Assembly (NCBI GenBank): GCA_001029715.1
Contig: CP011212.1
Coordinates: forward strand, 462,936 to 526,935
From: a candidate division TM6 bacterium GW2011_GWF2_28_16
Lineage (GTDB): Bacteria > Patescibacteriota > Microgenomatia > UBA1400 > PJMF01
Direction: 5' to 3'
DNA: 64,000 bases
Shown piece by piece: positions 37,225 through 46,419 of this stretch. A model generated the notes under the pieces. That model was given only the letters and a program-made list of their open reading frames with translations. It was not told the DNA's origin and ran no database searches. The position numbers and the translations under genes were made by a program. Position 1 is the stretch's first letter. The number at the start of each line of letters is the position of its first letter.

Positions 37225-39150
37225 GTGCATAGAAAAAATCTTTTTCTTATTTTCTTTTTTGGCTTATTATTTCGTCTAGTTGTTATGCCTTGGGCTATGC
37301 AGGCTGACTTGTTATCTATGACCTATAGATCAAATTTGATGAGCAACTATGATTTATGGAATCAAGATAATAACCAGATTTTTGGTCACTACGTCTATGC
37401 TTTGAATTTAAAACTAATTGAGCCTTTTTTTGGCAATTTACAACATTTTTTTTCTGCTTCTCATGGCATGTCTCCTAGTTCTACCACCAGCAGCGTAGGG
37501 GATTGGCTTAATTTCGTTTCAAATCCTCAAATTAATGCTTTCATTTTTGCTCTTAAAATTCCCCATCTTCTAGCAGATATTGCCATTTTTTTGATTTTAG
37601 CTAAATTTTTATCAAAAAATAAAAAACGTAATCTAATTTTGAGCTTATGGTGGTTTAATCCTGTTAATATTTATGCTTTTTATGTTTTTGCTCGCCATGA
37701 CTCTTTAACTTTATTGGCGCTGTTACTTGCTACGCTATTTTTAGCCAAAGAAAAAATCTTTCCAGCTCTCTTAGCTTTCTTCGCGGCTGTTCAAATTCGC
37801 TTTCAGCCCATACTTTATTTGCCCTTATTTTTGATTCATTTATGGCGAAATTTTCCTATTAAAAAACTTATTGCCAATTTATTATTAACTAGTCTAGCTA
37901 TCTTGGCTATTATTCTAATTGAGAAGAATCTACCTTTCGACCAAGCTTTATTTGATCAAATTAAAGGCATTGATCATCAAATAGAAACAGTACAAACTCC
38001 ACCTGAAACAAATTTAATCAGCCAAATCATTAGTAAACCTTTTGAATTAGCCACCTCCGTTGGAGGGCGTAGTTCCATGAACAAATTACTCATTTTTAGC
38101 GGTGTTTATGCCTTTCTCAATCTCCTCTATCTTTTCCTCAAAAAAGCCAAAAATCCTCAAGAAGCCTTTCTACAGTTAAATTTAATTTTATATATCAGTA
38201 TGTCGGTATATTTTTTCATTAATGATTTTTCCCCTCACTATTTTGTCTGGCTTTCTTTATTTGCCAGCGTCAGTGCTTTATTCAGTAAACAATTTGTCTG
38301 TGCTTATTTGCTTTCTATTCTGGGTTGGGGAGTGATGGGACTGGTCGATCCTGGCAATTTTGCCATTAATCAAAATCTCTTTTTGCCTGTTTCGCCAGTT
38401 ATTTTTAATACTCCTCAATTGGCTTATCTTGTTCCACATCAAGCTCTGATTTTTAATCTCGGTCGACTAGTTTTTAGTGGCGGATTACTCTGGTCAAGCT
38501 ATCTCGCTCTTAAATATTTAGTCAAAGATATGAATTTTAAACAAACTTGGAAGAATAGCTTAAAAATTGGTCTTTTTTTATTGGCTTTTTTGCCTTTAGT
38601 TTTTGCTAAGCCAGTTCAAGCCGCTAAAGTCCCCGTCTTAGAACAAGATGGTCAAGAAAAAATTCTTTTAGAACCAGGCGCTGCTTATCAGAACTCTTTT
38701 GTTTCTAACAGTGATCATTTTGGCGCTTTAGATCTCAAATTCGATACTTCGCGCAGTACAGAACAAAAATATTTAATTTTTAGACTTAAGGAAGAAGGCG
38801 AGGATGATTGGTATTACCAAAATCGCTATAATATAGCCGATTTTTACAATAACGCCTTTTATCCTTTTGGCTTTCCTTCTATCAGCGATGCACTTGGCAA
38901 GAAGTATGTCTATGAAGTTGAATTAGTTACTGCAGGCAATTATCCACTCTATATTTATGATCATAGCTACATTGTCTCCAAAGAGGGTAGCATGAGAGAA
39001 ATTTTACAAATCATCAAAAGTGACTTGCTAACTAAGTGGCAAAATCAGAAAAAGTTTTGGATTTTTTGGCTGAGTTTATTGGGCATAAATTTATTAGCTT
39101 TAATTGTAGTGATTGCCATCCCACCAAGAAACAAAAAAGCCACCTTTTAA
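37225..39150 (+). CDS. Large polytopic membrane protein of unknown family, with an extracytoplasmic C-terminal domain and a terminal TM
   Basis: 641 aa with at least 12 hydrophobic segments in the first 440 aa. Then comes a soluble domain of about 150 aa (KVPVLEQDGQEKILLEPGAAYQN ... ), followed by a final TM, IFWLSLLGINLLALIVVIAI. Confidence 0.3.
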   Translation: MHRKNLFLIFFFGLLFRLVVMPWAMQADLLSMTYRSNLMSNYDLWNQDNNQIFGHYVYALNLKLIEPFFGNLQHFFSASHGMSPSSTTSSVGDWLNFVSNPQINAFIFALKIPHLLADIAIFLILAKFLSKNKKRNLILSLWWFNPVNIYAFYVFARHDSLTLLALLLATLFLAKEKIFPALLAFFAAVQIRFQPILYLPLFLIHLWRNFPIKKLIANLLLTSLAILAIILIEKNLPFDQALFDQIKGIDHQIETVQTPPETNLISQIISKPFELATSVGGRSSMNKLLIFSGVYAFLNLLYLFLKKAKNPQEAFLQLNLILYISMSVYFFINDFSPHYFVWLSLFASVSALFSKQFVCAYLLSILGWGVMGLVDPGNFAINQNLFLPVSPVIFNTPQLAYLVPHQALIFNLGRLVFSGGLLWSSYLALKYLVKDMNFKQTWKNSLKIGLFLLAFLPLVFAKPVQAAKVPVLEQDGQEKILLEPGAAYQNSFVSNSDHFGALDLKFDTSRSTEQKYLIFRLKEEGEDDWYYQNRYNIADFYNNAFYPFGFPSISDALGKKYVYEVELVTAGNYPLYIYDHSYIVSKEGSMREILQIIKSDLLTKWQNQKKFWIFWLSLLGINLLALIVVIAIPPRNKKATF

Positions 39151-39234
39151 AGTGGTCTTTTTGCTTTGCTTTTAGGGTTGCCCGCAAAATAATTATCTCT
39201 CCTCTATATTTCAAGAACTGCTACAATTGCTTCA

Positions 39235-40182
39235 ATGAAAGCCGTACTTAGTGGTTCTATTGCTATTGACCAAATCATGAGTTTTGATGGGAGTTATGCT
39301 GATTTAATCCAGCCAGATAAACTTCACGTTCTTTCCATTTCTCCCTTGGTTAAAAAAATGACAAGAACACGTGGTGGCATAGCAGGCAACATTGCTTATT
39401 CATTAGCTTTGCTTGGTGAAAAACCTATTTTACTCGCTAGTGCTGGCTCAGACGCTACAGATTATCTCTCTAACTTAGAAAAAATTGGCGTTAATCTAGA
39501 ACACATGCACCTCAGCCAATTGCCTACAGCCACCTTCAGTGTCTTAACCGACAGCAATAACTGTCAAGTGGGAGGTTTTTATCCAGGAGCCATGAGTGAC
39601 GCCTCTTCTCTTAATTTAAAAGCTTTTGCCAATGATGATGTGTTAATGGTTGTCTCTGCTCATGATCCAGGGCAAATGGCTAAGCAAGTCTTAGATTGTC
39701 GAAAACTTCATAAGAAGTTGCTTTATGACCCTGGTCAACAAAGTTTAATTCTTGACAAAAAAGACCTCGAGCAAGCCATCGACACCGCTGAAATACTCAT
39801 CGTTAACGATTATGAAATGGGTCTGCTTTGTCAAAAGCTCGAAATGTCTAAAGAAGAGATTATTCAAAGATTGCCACTTTGTATTATCACTTTGGGTAAA
39901 GAAGGTGCCTTCTTCTACCAAAGATTAGATGGTCATCAAAAACACTTGACTAAAGCTGTTTTACTTAAAGAAGTTCTCGATCCAACTGGTGCTGGTGATG
40001 CTTTTCGTGCTGGCTTCATTTATGCTTATTTGCATTCTTGGTCAATTAAAAACGCGATACAATTGGCTAACGTAGTGGCTTCATTTGCAGCAGAGCAATA
40101 TGGCACTCAAAATCATCAACTTAAATGGCCAATTATTAAACAAAGATACAAGGAAACTTATGGCGAAAAATGTCCAAACTGA
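39235..40182 (+). CDS. PfkB-family carbohydrate/nucleoside kinase, possibly adenosine kinase
   Basis: 315 aa. PfkB signature 2 reads [18 protein letters not shown], and the N-terminal GG-type motif is present. It lies immediately upstream of, and overlapping, ahcY. Confidence 0.65.
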   Translation: MKAVLSGSIAIDQIMSFDGSYADLIQPDKLHVLSISPLVKKMTRTRGGIAGNIAYSLALLGEKPILLASAGSDATDYLSNLEKIGVNLEHMHLSQLPTATFSVLTDSNNCQVGGFYPGAMSDASSLNLKAFANDDVLMVVSAHDPGQMAKQVLDCRKLHKKLLYDPGQQSLILDKKDLEQAIDTAEILIVNDYEMGLLCQKLEMSKEEIIQRLPLCIITLGKEGAFFYQRLDGHQKHLTKAVLLKEVLDPTGAGDAFRAGFIYAYLHSWSIKNAIQLANVVASFAAEQYGTQNHQLKWPIIKQRYKETYGEKCPN

Positions 40183-41476
40183 TTACAAAATTAAAGATAT
40201 AAAGTTGGCGGAGTGGGGACGAAGAGAAATCACTTTGGCAGAAAAAGAAATGCCTGGTCTTATGGCCATTCGCCAAGAATATCAGGCGCAGCAACCTCTC
40301 AAGGGGGCTCGCATTGCCGGTTCATTGCACATGACCATTCAAACTGCCGTGCTTATTGAAACCTTGGTTGCTTTGGGAGCAGAAGTCCGTTGGGCTTCTT
40401 GTAATATTTTTTCTACTCAAGATCACGCCGCTGCCGCCATTGCTACTGACGGCATCCCAGTTTTTGCTTGGAAAGGTGAAACAGAAGAAGAATATTGGTG
40501 GACCACTGAACAGACTCTTCAATTTAAGGATAATAAGAGTAAATTAATTGGACCAAATATGATTTTGGATGATGGTGGAGACTTAACTGGCTTAGTTCAC
40601 AAAAAGTTTCCGGAACTATTGAAAGAAATTAAAGGTGTTTCAGAAGAAACCACTACGGGAGTGCATCATCTCTATCAAATGCTTCAAGACAAAACCCTGC
40701 GTATCCCTGCTATCAACGTTAATGACAGCGTCACTAAATCTAAATTTGACAATTTATACGGCTGCCGCGAGTCTCTAGTTGACGGCATTCGTCGTGCCAC
40801 TGACGTTATGATTGCTGGTAAAGTTGCTTTTGTGGCCGGTTTTGGCGATGTTGGTAAAGGTAGCGCTCAATCTTTGCGCAACAATGGCGCTCGAGTGATT
40901 GTTGGCGAAATTGATCCTATCTGCGCTCTCCAAGCCGCCATGGAAGGCTATGAGGTCAAACGTATTGAAGAAGTTCTTGATGAAGTGGATATTTTTGTCA
41001 CTGCCACTGGTTGTAAAGATGTCATTCGCATCGAACATCTGTCTAAAATGAAGGATACCGCTATTGTCTGTAATATTGGACACTTTGATATTGAAATTCA
41101 AGTTGATGCTTTGAATAAATACAAGGGCATTAAAAAAACTCAGATCAAACCTCAGGTAGATTTATATACTTTTCCAGATGGGCATCGCTTGATTTTGTTA
41201 GCAGAGGGTCGCTTGGTTAATTTAGGTTGTGCCATGGGACATCCTTCTTTTGTGATGTCTAATTCTTTCAGCAATCAAGTTTTAGCTCAAATCGAACTAT
41301 TCAATAAACCACATGAAGTTGGAGTTTATCGTTTGCCTAAGGAACTAGATGAAAAAGTAGCTGCCCTGCACTTGGAAGCCATTGGCGTACACTTGAGCAA
41401 GCTTAGTAAAGAACAGGCAGAATATCTTGGAGTAAAACAAAAAGGGCCATTTAAAGCTGATCATTATAGATATTGA
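40160..41476 (+). CDS. ahcY: adenosylhomocysteinase (S-adenosyl-L-homocysteine hydrolase)
   Basis: The N-terminus reads [28 protein letters not shown], and the NAD-binding motif reads [21 protein letters not shown]. The track ORF starts at 40085; the ATG at 40160 gives the canonical N-terminus. Confidence 0.9.
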   Translation: MAKNVQTDYKIKDIKLAEWGRREITLAEKEMPGLMAIRQEYQAQQPLKGARIAGSLHMTIQTAVLIETLVALGAEVRWASCNIFSTQDHAAAAIATDGIPVFAWKGETEEEYWWTTEQTLQFKDNKSKLIGPNMILDDGGDLTGLVHKKFPELLKEIKGVSEETTTGVHHLYQMLQDKTLRIPAINVNDSVTKSKFDNLYGCRESLVDGIRRATDVMIAGKVAFVAGFGDVGKGSAQSLRNNGARVIVGEIDPICALQAAMEGYEVKRIEEVLDEVDIFVTATGCKDVIRIEHLSKMKDTAIVCNIGHFDIEIQVDALNKYKGIKKTQIKPQVDLYTFPDGHRLILLAEGRLVNLGCAMGHPSFVMSNSFSNQVLAQIELFNKPHEVGVYRLPKELDEKVAALHLEAIGVHLSKLSKEQAEYLGVKQKGPFKADHYRY

Positions 41477-41497
41477 GCCAACTGCTACAATAAACAA

Positions 41498-42394
41498 ATG
41501 CTAAAACGTTTTCTTTATCAATTGCGTCGCTTGCTTTACTGGCCACTGCGTGATTTTGCTTACCTAACGCATCCGCTTTTTAACGCCAACAGTAGCTCTG
41601 ATCAACTTTCGCAAAAACAAATCCTCAATCAATATCTATCCATGCGTAAGGCCGGGCTTTTGCCTTTACCCATCAGCCAAGTTGGCTGGCGAGCTTTTTC
41701 CCAATTCGATGAAGACGGTATCTTGCTCTACATCTTCAGCATTATTGGTAGCAGCAATCGTCTAGCTGTGGAAATTGGGGCTGATTGTGAGAGTGATTTT
41801 TTTCAATTTCCAGAAAGCAATACCACTAATCTGCTGGTTAATCATGATTGGCAGGGTCTGATCATCGATGCTTCCAAGAGAAACATCAAAAAGCTCAAAA
41901 GATTCTTTCGCAACTGCAAAAGCACCACTTATAAGCCGCCTGTTTTACTGCAAGCCTTGGTTAATCGCCAAAACATCAATCACCTGATCAAAAAAGCTGG
42001 TTTCACTGGCGAAATCGATCTTTTTTCTCTCGACGTTGACAGTAATGATTATTGGCTTTTTCAAACCCTTGAAGTTATTAAGCCTCGGGTCTTAGTCTTA
42101 GAATTTAACCAGTTCTGGCAAAGTAAAGACGCCGTCACTATTCCTTATCAAAACGACTTAGATGCTTTCCTAAAATTACGCCAAAAAAATCCTAGTTACT
42201 TTGGTGCCTCACTCGCTGCCATGGTCAAACTCGCCAAGCAAAAAGGGTATCGCTTAGTCGCCCTCAACAGTTTTGGCCACAATGCTTTTTTTGTAAGAAA
42301 AGATTTAGGATTGAAATTTTTACCGACTTTGCCAGTTAAATATACTGTAAAACAAGTGGCGCCTAGTCATGACTTGAAGTGGATGGAGGTGTAA
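41498..42394 (+). CDS. FkbM-family-like SAM-dependent methyltransferase (tentative)
   Basis: The pattern runs LAVEIGAD ... IDLFSLDVDSNDYWLFQTLEVIKPRVLVLEFN, which resembles the FkbM Methyltransf_21 pattern (DIGAN ... IDLLKIDVEGaE ... vL ... kp.vi.iE). It lies downstream of ahcY. Confidence 0.4.
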   Translation: MLKRFLYQLRRLLYWPLRDFAYLTHPLFNANSSSDQLSQKQILNQYLSMRKAGLLPLPISQVGWRAFSQFDEDGILLYIFSIIGSSNRLAVEIGADCESDFFQFPESNTTNLLVNHDWQGLIIDASKRNIKKLKRFFRNCKSTTYKPPVLLQALVNRQNINHLIKKAGFTGEIDLFSLDVDSNDYWLFQTLEVIKPRVLVLEFNQFWQSKDAVTIPYQNDLDAFLKLRQKNPSYFGASLAAMVKLAKQKGYRLVALNSFGHNAFFVRKDLGLKFLPTLPVKYTVKQVAPSHDLKWMEV

Positions 42395-42401
42395 AAATAT
42401 T

Positions 42402-42662
42402 TCATTTATAAAGCTGATTGTGTGTTCCAAGAGCGATAAATAAAACTTCATTGTCACTAATTGGTGCATAAATTGCTCGCCAATCACCAGTAATATTAAT
42501 ACTGTAATAGTCAGTATATTCACCAACTAGCGAATGATTGCGGAGTGAAGGGTCTAGAGGATTTTGACTAAAAATTTCTATTCTTTTAATTAACTGAGTT
42601 TTGATTTTTTGTGGAGATTTTTTAAATTGTTTAATGAAGTTTTTGTTGTAATTAACGATCAT
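42402..42662 (-). CDS. Type II toxin, RelE/YafQ family mRNA interferase
   Basis: 86 aa. The sequence runs FIKQFKKSPQKIKTQLIKRIEIFSQNPLDPSLRNHSLVGEYTDYYSINITGDWRAIYAPISDNEVLFIALGTHNQLYK and fits the YafQ/RelE consensus. Confidence 0.65.
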   Translation of the reverse strand: MIVNYNKNFIKQFKKSPQKIKTQLIKRIEIFSQNPLDPSLRNHSLVGEYTDYYSINITGDWRAIYAPISDNEVLFIALGTHNQLYK

Positions 42663-43008
42663 TACTTTGCTTTTTCAGAAAATCTAAAGATTGTTCTTTG
42701 GAGGCAAATTTATAATAATCACCAGTTTTTAGGTCTTTTTGGGCCTGTTGCATTTGCTCAAGCAACCAAGCTGAAGGAGCTTCGCCTGTTGAGAAGGCCA
42801 CTGTCTTAGTACGAGTAACATTTTTAAGAAATGCCTTAATTAAGGAACTAAGGGAGAAACCTAGTTCTTCGGCAACTTTTTGCGCCGATTCTTTAAGTTC
42901 TTGATCAGTACGAATTTGAATGACTGCATTATTCATAATTTCTTGATTGTAATGCAAATGTAATGAATTTGTCAATACTCCGTCAAGTTTTGTATCCATA
43001 ATATTCAT
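42652..43008 (-). CDS. Type II antitoxin, RelB/DinJ family
   Basis: The sequence runs NAVIQIRTDQELKESAQKVAEELGFSLSSLIKAFLKNV and matches the DinJ consensus (IxVRIDxELKxxAxxVLxxLGLSxSxAIxMFLKQV). It overlaps the toxin by 11 nt. The true start may be the internal Met at about 42936. Confidence 0.6.
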   Translation of the reverse strand: MNIMDTKLDGVLTNSLHLHYNQEIMNNAVIQIRTDQELKESAQKVAEELGFSLSSLIKAFLKNVTRTKTVAFSTGEAPSAWLLEQMQQAQKDLKTGDYYKFASKEQSLDFLKKQSNDR

Positions 43009-43034
43009 TATCTCAATTTAAGGTTGCTTTAAGT

Positions 43035-44363
43035 GTGATCGTTAAAGACTTGCCCAATCTTGTTTTATCTCTTCAAACTCTCTATCATAATCTTATGTTC
43101 GCTATAATTAGCAAATTACGCCAATCAGAAGGCTTAAAACATTCAGTTTTGACTATTTTCTCTTATGGTTTGGCCTCTGCTTTTTCTGCTTTGGCTGTTA
43201 TTTTAATTTCGCGCTTACTTGGGCCAACTAGTTTTGCTGATTTTTCAGTGGCTTTTTCATTGTCTCTGATTCTCAATCGCCTCAATGACTTTGGTCTCTC
43301 CATGGTGATTCAAAAAATCGTTGGAGGAGAGTGGCGCCGTCCCAAAATCAATGCTTACTTGTCTTTAATTTTGAAGTATCGTCTGGTTATTTCCATTTTG
43401 TTAATTTTACTCGGCTTGGTTTTTTCAGGCGCAATTTCAAATTATCTACAAATTAGCAATCAAGTCCTCATTCCTCTAACTTTTCTTTTCAGTCTCTCCG
43501 TCACTTATTTCGAATCTGCTCAAATTACTTTACAAAGTCTGGGAAAGTTTAAGATCGCTGCCTACAACTATTTACTGCCTTCTTTCATTAAATTTAGCTT
43601 AGCCTTAATTATCTTTTTACTAAAAATTACAGATGTTCAATTAATTCTAGTTATTTATTTGCTCAGTACTTTACCAAGCTTACTAATCGCTGAATTTCTT
43701 AAGCCTAAGTGGATTAAATATGAGCTTGGTCAAAAATTCAAAAAAGAGCAAGGCAAAGTTCTCCAGTTGCTCAAGCACTCGGCTTTTGCCATCATTGCTG
43801 CTGGCATTATCGAAAATATGGATGTTCTTTTTGCCAAACATTATTTGTCTTCCTATGAGGCTGGTCTACTGGCAGGGGTCAACCGTATTGCCATGCTACT
43901 ATATGTAGTAGCATACGCTCTCGCCAATGTCTTAAATCCTCGAGCAGCAACTTATAAAAACCGTGCTAATTTTGATTCATTTCTCAAAAAGGCTTGGGGC
44001 ATCACTGCCTTAGCTGTTTTTGCTTTCTTTTTGAGTTTACCCTTTGCTCCTTTACTCATTCATTGGACTATTGGCCCCGCTTACGCAGGTGGTAGTGAAA
44101 TCTTAGTTGTTCTCTTAGCAGCTGGTTTTATTAGTATTGCTTTAATGCCTTTCATCGCCACTTTTTACGCTTTCAAAAGCAATCTCTATTTCTCACTCAG
44201 CGCCATACTGCAATTAGTTATTGTTCTTGTTGGAAATTTTTATTTTGTCCCAAAACTCGGGCTCACTGCCAGTGTCTATACTCGTTTGATTGCTCGCATA
44301 GCCTTGTTGGTCTTTACTTGGCTAATGTTGTGGATAAACTACAGGCGAGAATTTAAAAAATAA
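43035..44363 (+). CDS. Wzx/MurJ-type polysaccharide flippase (MOP superfamily)
   Basis: 442 aa with about 12-14 TM helices. It has a GTG start. The N-terminal pattern SVLTIFSYGLASAFSALAVILISRLLGPTSFADFSVAF is typical of polysaccharide-biosynthesis (Wzx) proteins. Confidence 0.5.
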   Translation: MIVKDLPNLVLSLQTLYHNLMFAIISKLRQSEGLKHSVLTIFSYGLASAFSALAVILISRLLGPTSFADFSVAFSLSLILNRLNDFGLSMVIQKIVGGEWRRPKINAYLSLILKYRLVISILLILLGLVFSGAISNYLQISNQVLIPLTFLFSLSVTYFESAQITLQSLGKFKIAAYNYLLPSFIKFSLALIIFLLKITDVQLILVIYLLSTLPSLLIAEFLKPKWIKYELGQKFKKEQGKVLQLLKHSAFAIIAAGIIENMDVLFAKHYLSSYEAGLLAGVNRIAMLLYVVAYALANVLNPRAATYKNRANFDSFLKKAWGITALAVFAFFLSLPFAPLLIHWTIGPAYAGGSEILVVLLAAGFISIALMPFIATFYAFKSNLYFSLSAILQLVIVLVGNFYFVPKLGLTASVYTRLIARIALLVFTWLMLWINYRREFKK

Positions 44364-44368
44364 GCTAG

Positions 44369-44827
44369 TTAGCTTGTTTCCAAAGGAGAATCATCTTCTT
44401 TAGGAGTCTCGATCATCTCTCTTATACTGCTTACCTCACCTCCTTCTGTTTGTCTTGAAATCATTGCTTTAAATGCTGGAGCGTGTTTCGCATTTAACCA
44501 AGCATAAACTTCTGAGTCATATTTTCCTAAGAGAATAGCCATTACTTTATTTTTGTCTTTTCTTTGCAAGTTATAAATGAAGTTAGGTGCACCTAAAACA
44601 TCGTTGACCATTCTTACCACGGCTTCACTCGCATCATAAAGCAAAATCCCTCCAGCAGAGAGATAAACTCCTTCTACGTTTTCTTTACCAATCTTCAATT
44701 CAAAACCTTCTCCAAGATCATTTTCACTTGAAAGAGGAGTAATTTTTCCTCTTATTTCTATTCCTTTGATAGATCTTTCAAATAAGCTGCGAATTCCATC
44801 AAAAGTCTGTGTTTGTTCTTTTTCCAT
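44369..44827 (-). CDS. Hypothetical cytoplasmic protein, an orphan
   Basis: 152 aa ORF with no TM segments. I recognise no motif, and it lies next to the tRNA-like gene. Confidence 0.4.
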   Translation of the reverse strand: MEKEQTQTFDGIRSLFERSIKGIEIRGKITPLSSENDLGEGFELKIGKENVEGVYLSAGGILLYDASEAVVRMVNDVLGAPNFIYNLQRKDKNKVMAILLGKYDSEVYAWLNAKHAPAFKAMISRQTEGGEVSSIREMIETPKEDDSPLETS

Positions 44828-44897
44828 TTTTAATCCTATTTAATTTATTGCTACTTGGAAGAGTGTATCAAAAGAAAACAGACTTAACAAGAAAATA

Positions 44898-44925
44898 AAA
44901 AACCACTTATAAAAAGTGGTTTTGA
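44898..44925. terminator. Bidirectional terminator-like hairpin: a 10-bp stem AAAACCACTT/AAGTGGTTTT with an ATAAA loop, flanked by an A-tract and a T-tract
   Basis: Read directly. A second short hairpin, GGGGTTTTCCCC, lies at 44933-44944. Both are downstream of the minus-strand tRNA-like gene. Confidence 0.4.
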
Positions 44926-45007
44926 ATGATTTGGGGTTTTCCCCGACCATGCCTACGAAACTATTTTTAGTATACATTTTTATTTAAATTTTTCAAGCTC
45001 AAAAACT

Positions 45008-45079
45008 TGGTGGACCGGAGGGGAATCAAACCCCCAAACCATGTTTCGTAGACATAATCGCACATCAGTGCTCCGGCCC
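45008..45079 (-). tRNA. Putative tRNA-Arg (anticodon ACG) with encoded CCA and a non-canonical, shortened D-arm
   Basis: The reverse complement gives GGGCCGG as the acceptor 5' strand, pairing with CCGGTCC (one G-U), then A-CCA. The anticodon arm is TATGT-CTACGAA-ACATG, with U33, anticodon ACG and A37. The T-arm is GGGGG-TTTGATT-CCCCT. The D-region (AGCACTGATGTGCGAT) folds only as a 4-bp stem with a 4-nt loop, which is atypical, so this needs tRNAscan-SE or ARAGORN confirmation. Confidence 0.5.
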
Positions 45080-45175
45080 ATACCTTTATTATCTAAGTCT
45101 AACTTTTCAAGAAGTGTGACAATCTATAACTTCCTCTCCCATCCTTCTCAGATCTTTGCTAAAATCAGCATACTT

Positions 45176-46183
45176 ATGTTTGAATACTTAAATGGCAAAA
45201 CAATTTTAGTAACTGGCGGTGCTGGCTTTGTGGCTTCACACATTTGTGATGCCCTTCTAGAAGCTGGAGCGACGGTCATAGCAGTCGATAATTTCATCAC
45301 TGGTAGAAGAGAGAACATTGCCCATTTAGAAGAACAAGAAAATTTTCACTTAGTCGAAGCTGACGTTAGTATTCCTACCGCGGATTATTTAGATGTTTTT
45401 CTTGATCAAATGCGCGCCACTGCTCCAGAAAAAGCCAAGATTGACGCTATCATGCATTTTGCTTCTCCAGCTAGTCCACCTGTTTATCAGGAATATCCTG
45501 TAGAGACATATCTGGTCAATTCACTCGGCACACATAATCTTTTAACTTATTTAGAAAAAAATTATCCAGAGGCTCGCTTTCTTTTTGCTAGTACTTCTGA
45601 AGTCTATGGCGATCCAGCCATTCATCCTCAAAAAGAAGATTACTGGGGCAATGTTAACCCAAATGGAGAGCGCTCCTGTTATGACGAGGCTAAACGCCTT
45701 GGAGAGACCATTTGTGGCGTCTTTACTCGTAAGTTCCAGTTGGACGTCCGTATTATTCGTATCTTTAATACCTATGGTCCCAGAATGCGTGATGATGACG
45801 GTCGCATTTTGCCAACTTTTATTAATCAGGCTCTGCAAAAAGAAGCTTTGACTGTTTATGGCGATGGCAAGCAAACTCGTTCTTACTGCTATGTTAGCGA
45901 CTTAGTCAAAGGCATTTTGCTCATGCTTAGTAAAGAGGGCTTGGCGGGTCAAACCATCAACTTAGGCAATCCAGATGAATACACTGTCTTAGAAACCGCC
46001 GTCTTGGTGCAAAAAATCATTAATGACAGCGTCACTCAAGAAAATATTATCTTTAAAAACCTCCCAGCCGACGACCCAACTCGCCGCAAACCAGATATTA
46101 GCAAAGCCATCGAGCTACTTAACTGGCAGCCAGAAGTAGATTTTCGCACTGGCCTAGCTAAGATGATCGAGTACTTCAAGTAA
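45176..46183 (+). CDS. UDP-glucuronate decarboxylase (UDP-xylose synthase), dTDP-glucose 4,6-dehydratase family
   Basis: The sequence runs NGKTILVTGGAGFVASHICDALLEAGATVIAVDNFITGRRENIAHL ... and aligns with UXS1 (ILITGGAGFVGSH ... VDNFFTGRKRNVEH). A YxxxK site is present (SCYDEAKRL). The track ORF starts at 45041, but that start overlaps the tRNA-like gene; the ATG at 45176 is the likelier start. Confidence 0.8.
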   Translation: MFEYLNGKTILVTGGAGFVASHICDALLEAGATVIAVDNFITGRRENIAHLEEQENFHLVEADVSIPTADYLDVFLDQMRATAPEKAKIDAIMHFASPASPPVYQEYPVETYLVNSLGTHNLLTYLEKNYPEARFLFASTSEVYGDPAIHPQKEDYWGNVNPNGERSCYDEAKRLGETICGVFTRKFQLDVRIIRIFNTYGPRMRDDDGRILPTFINQALQKEALTVYGDGKQTRSYCYVSDLVKGILLMLSKEGLAGQTINLGNPDEYTVLETAVLVQKIINDSVTQENIIFKNLPADDPTRRKPDISKAIELLNWQPEVDFRTGLAKMIEYFK

Positions 46184-46326
46184 CGTCTTATAACTTTGCT
46201 ATTTTTGATATATTCCTATATAATTCGATCTGTATAAGACGATAAATTGAGATAATTGCTATCCCTATTTTTAAATCTTATTTCTTTAATTGTTCTTTAA
46301 AAATTTGCGAAAAGACAGGTTATTAA

Positions 46327-46386
46327 GCAAAGAGCATTTTGAATAGAAAAACTTCTATTTAGAGTGCTCTTTGTTTTCAGAGCCCG
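46327..46386 (+). terminator. Long hairpin (9-bp stem CAAAGAGCA/TGCTCTTTG, 38-nt structured loop) followed by TTTT. Possible terminator for the UDP-xylose synthase gene.
   Basis: Read directly. A second 9-bp inverted repeat, CGTCTTATA ... TATAAGACG, lies at 46187-46241, right after the stop codon. Confidence 0.35.
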
Positions 46387-46419
46387 TGAAAAAACACTAG
46401 ACAATATAAAGGAGAAGCA

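Noticed and set aside
45041-45175. N-terminal 45-aa extension of the UDP-xylose synthase ORF (MFRRHNRTSVLRP…)
   Set aside because: The extension overlaps the tRNA-like element and the promoter region. The canonical SDR N-terminus, MFEYLNGKTILVTGGAGF, begins at the ATG at 45176. Three other track ORFs have the same kind of upstream extension (40085 for ahcY, 24691 for the epimerase, 25748 for the GtrB-like gene), and I trimmed each to the Met that gives the family-typical N-terminus.
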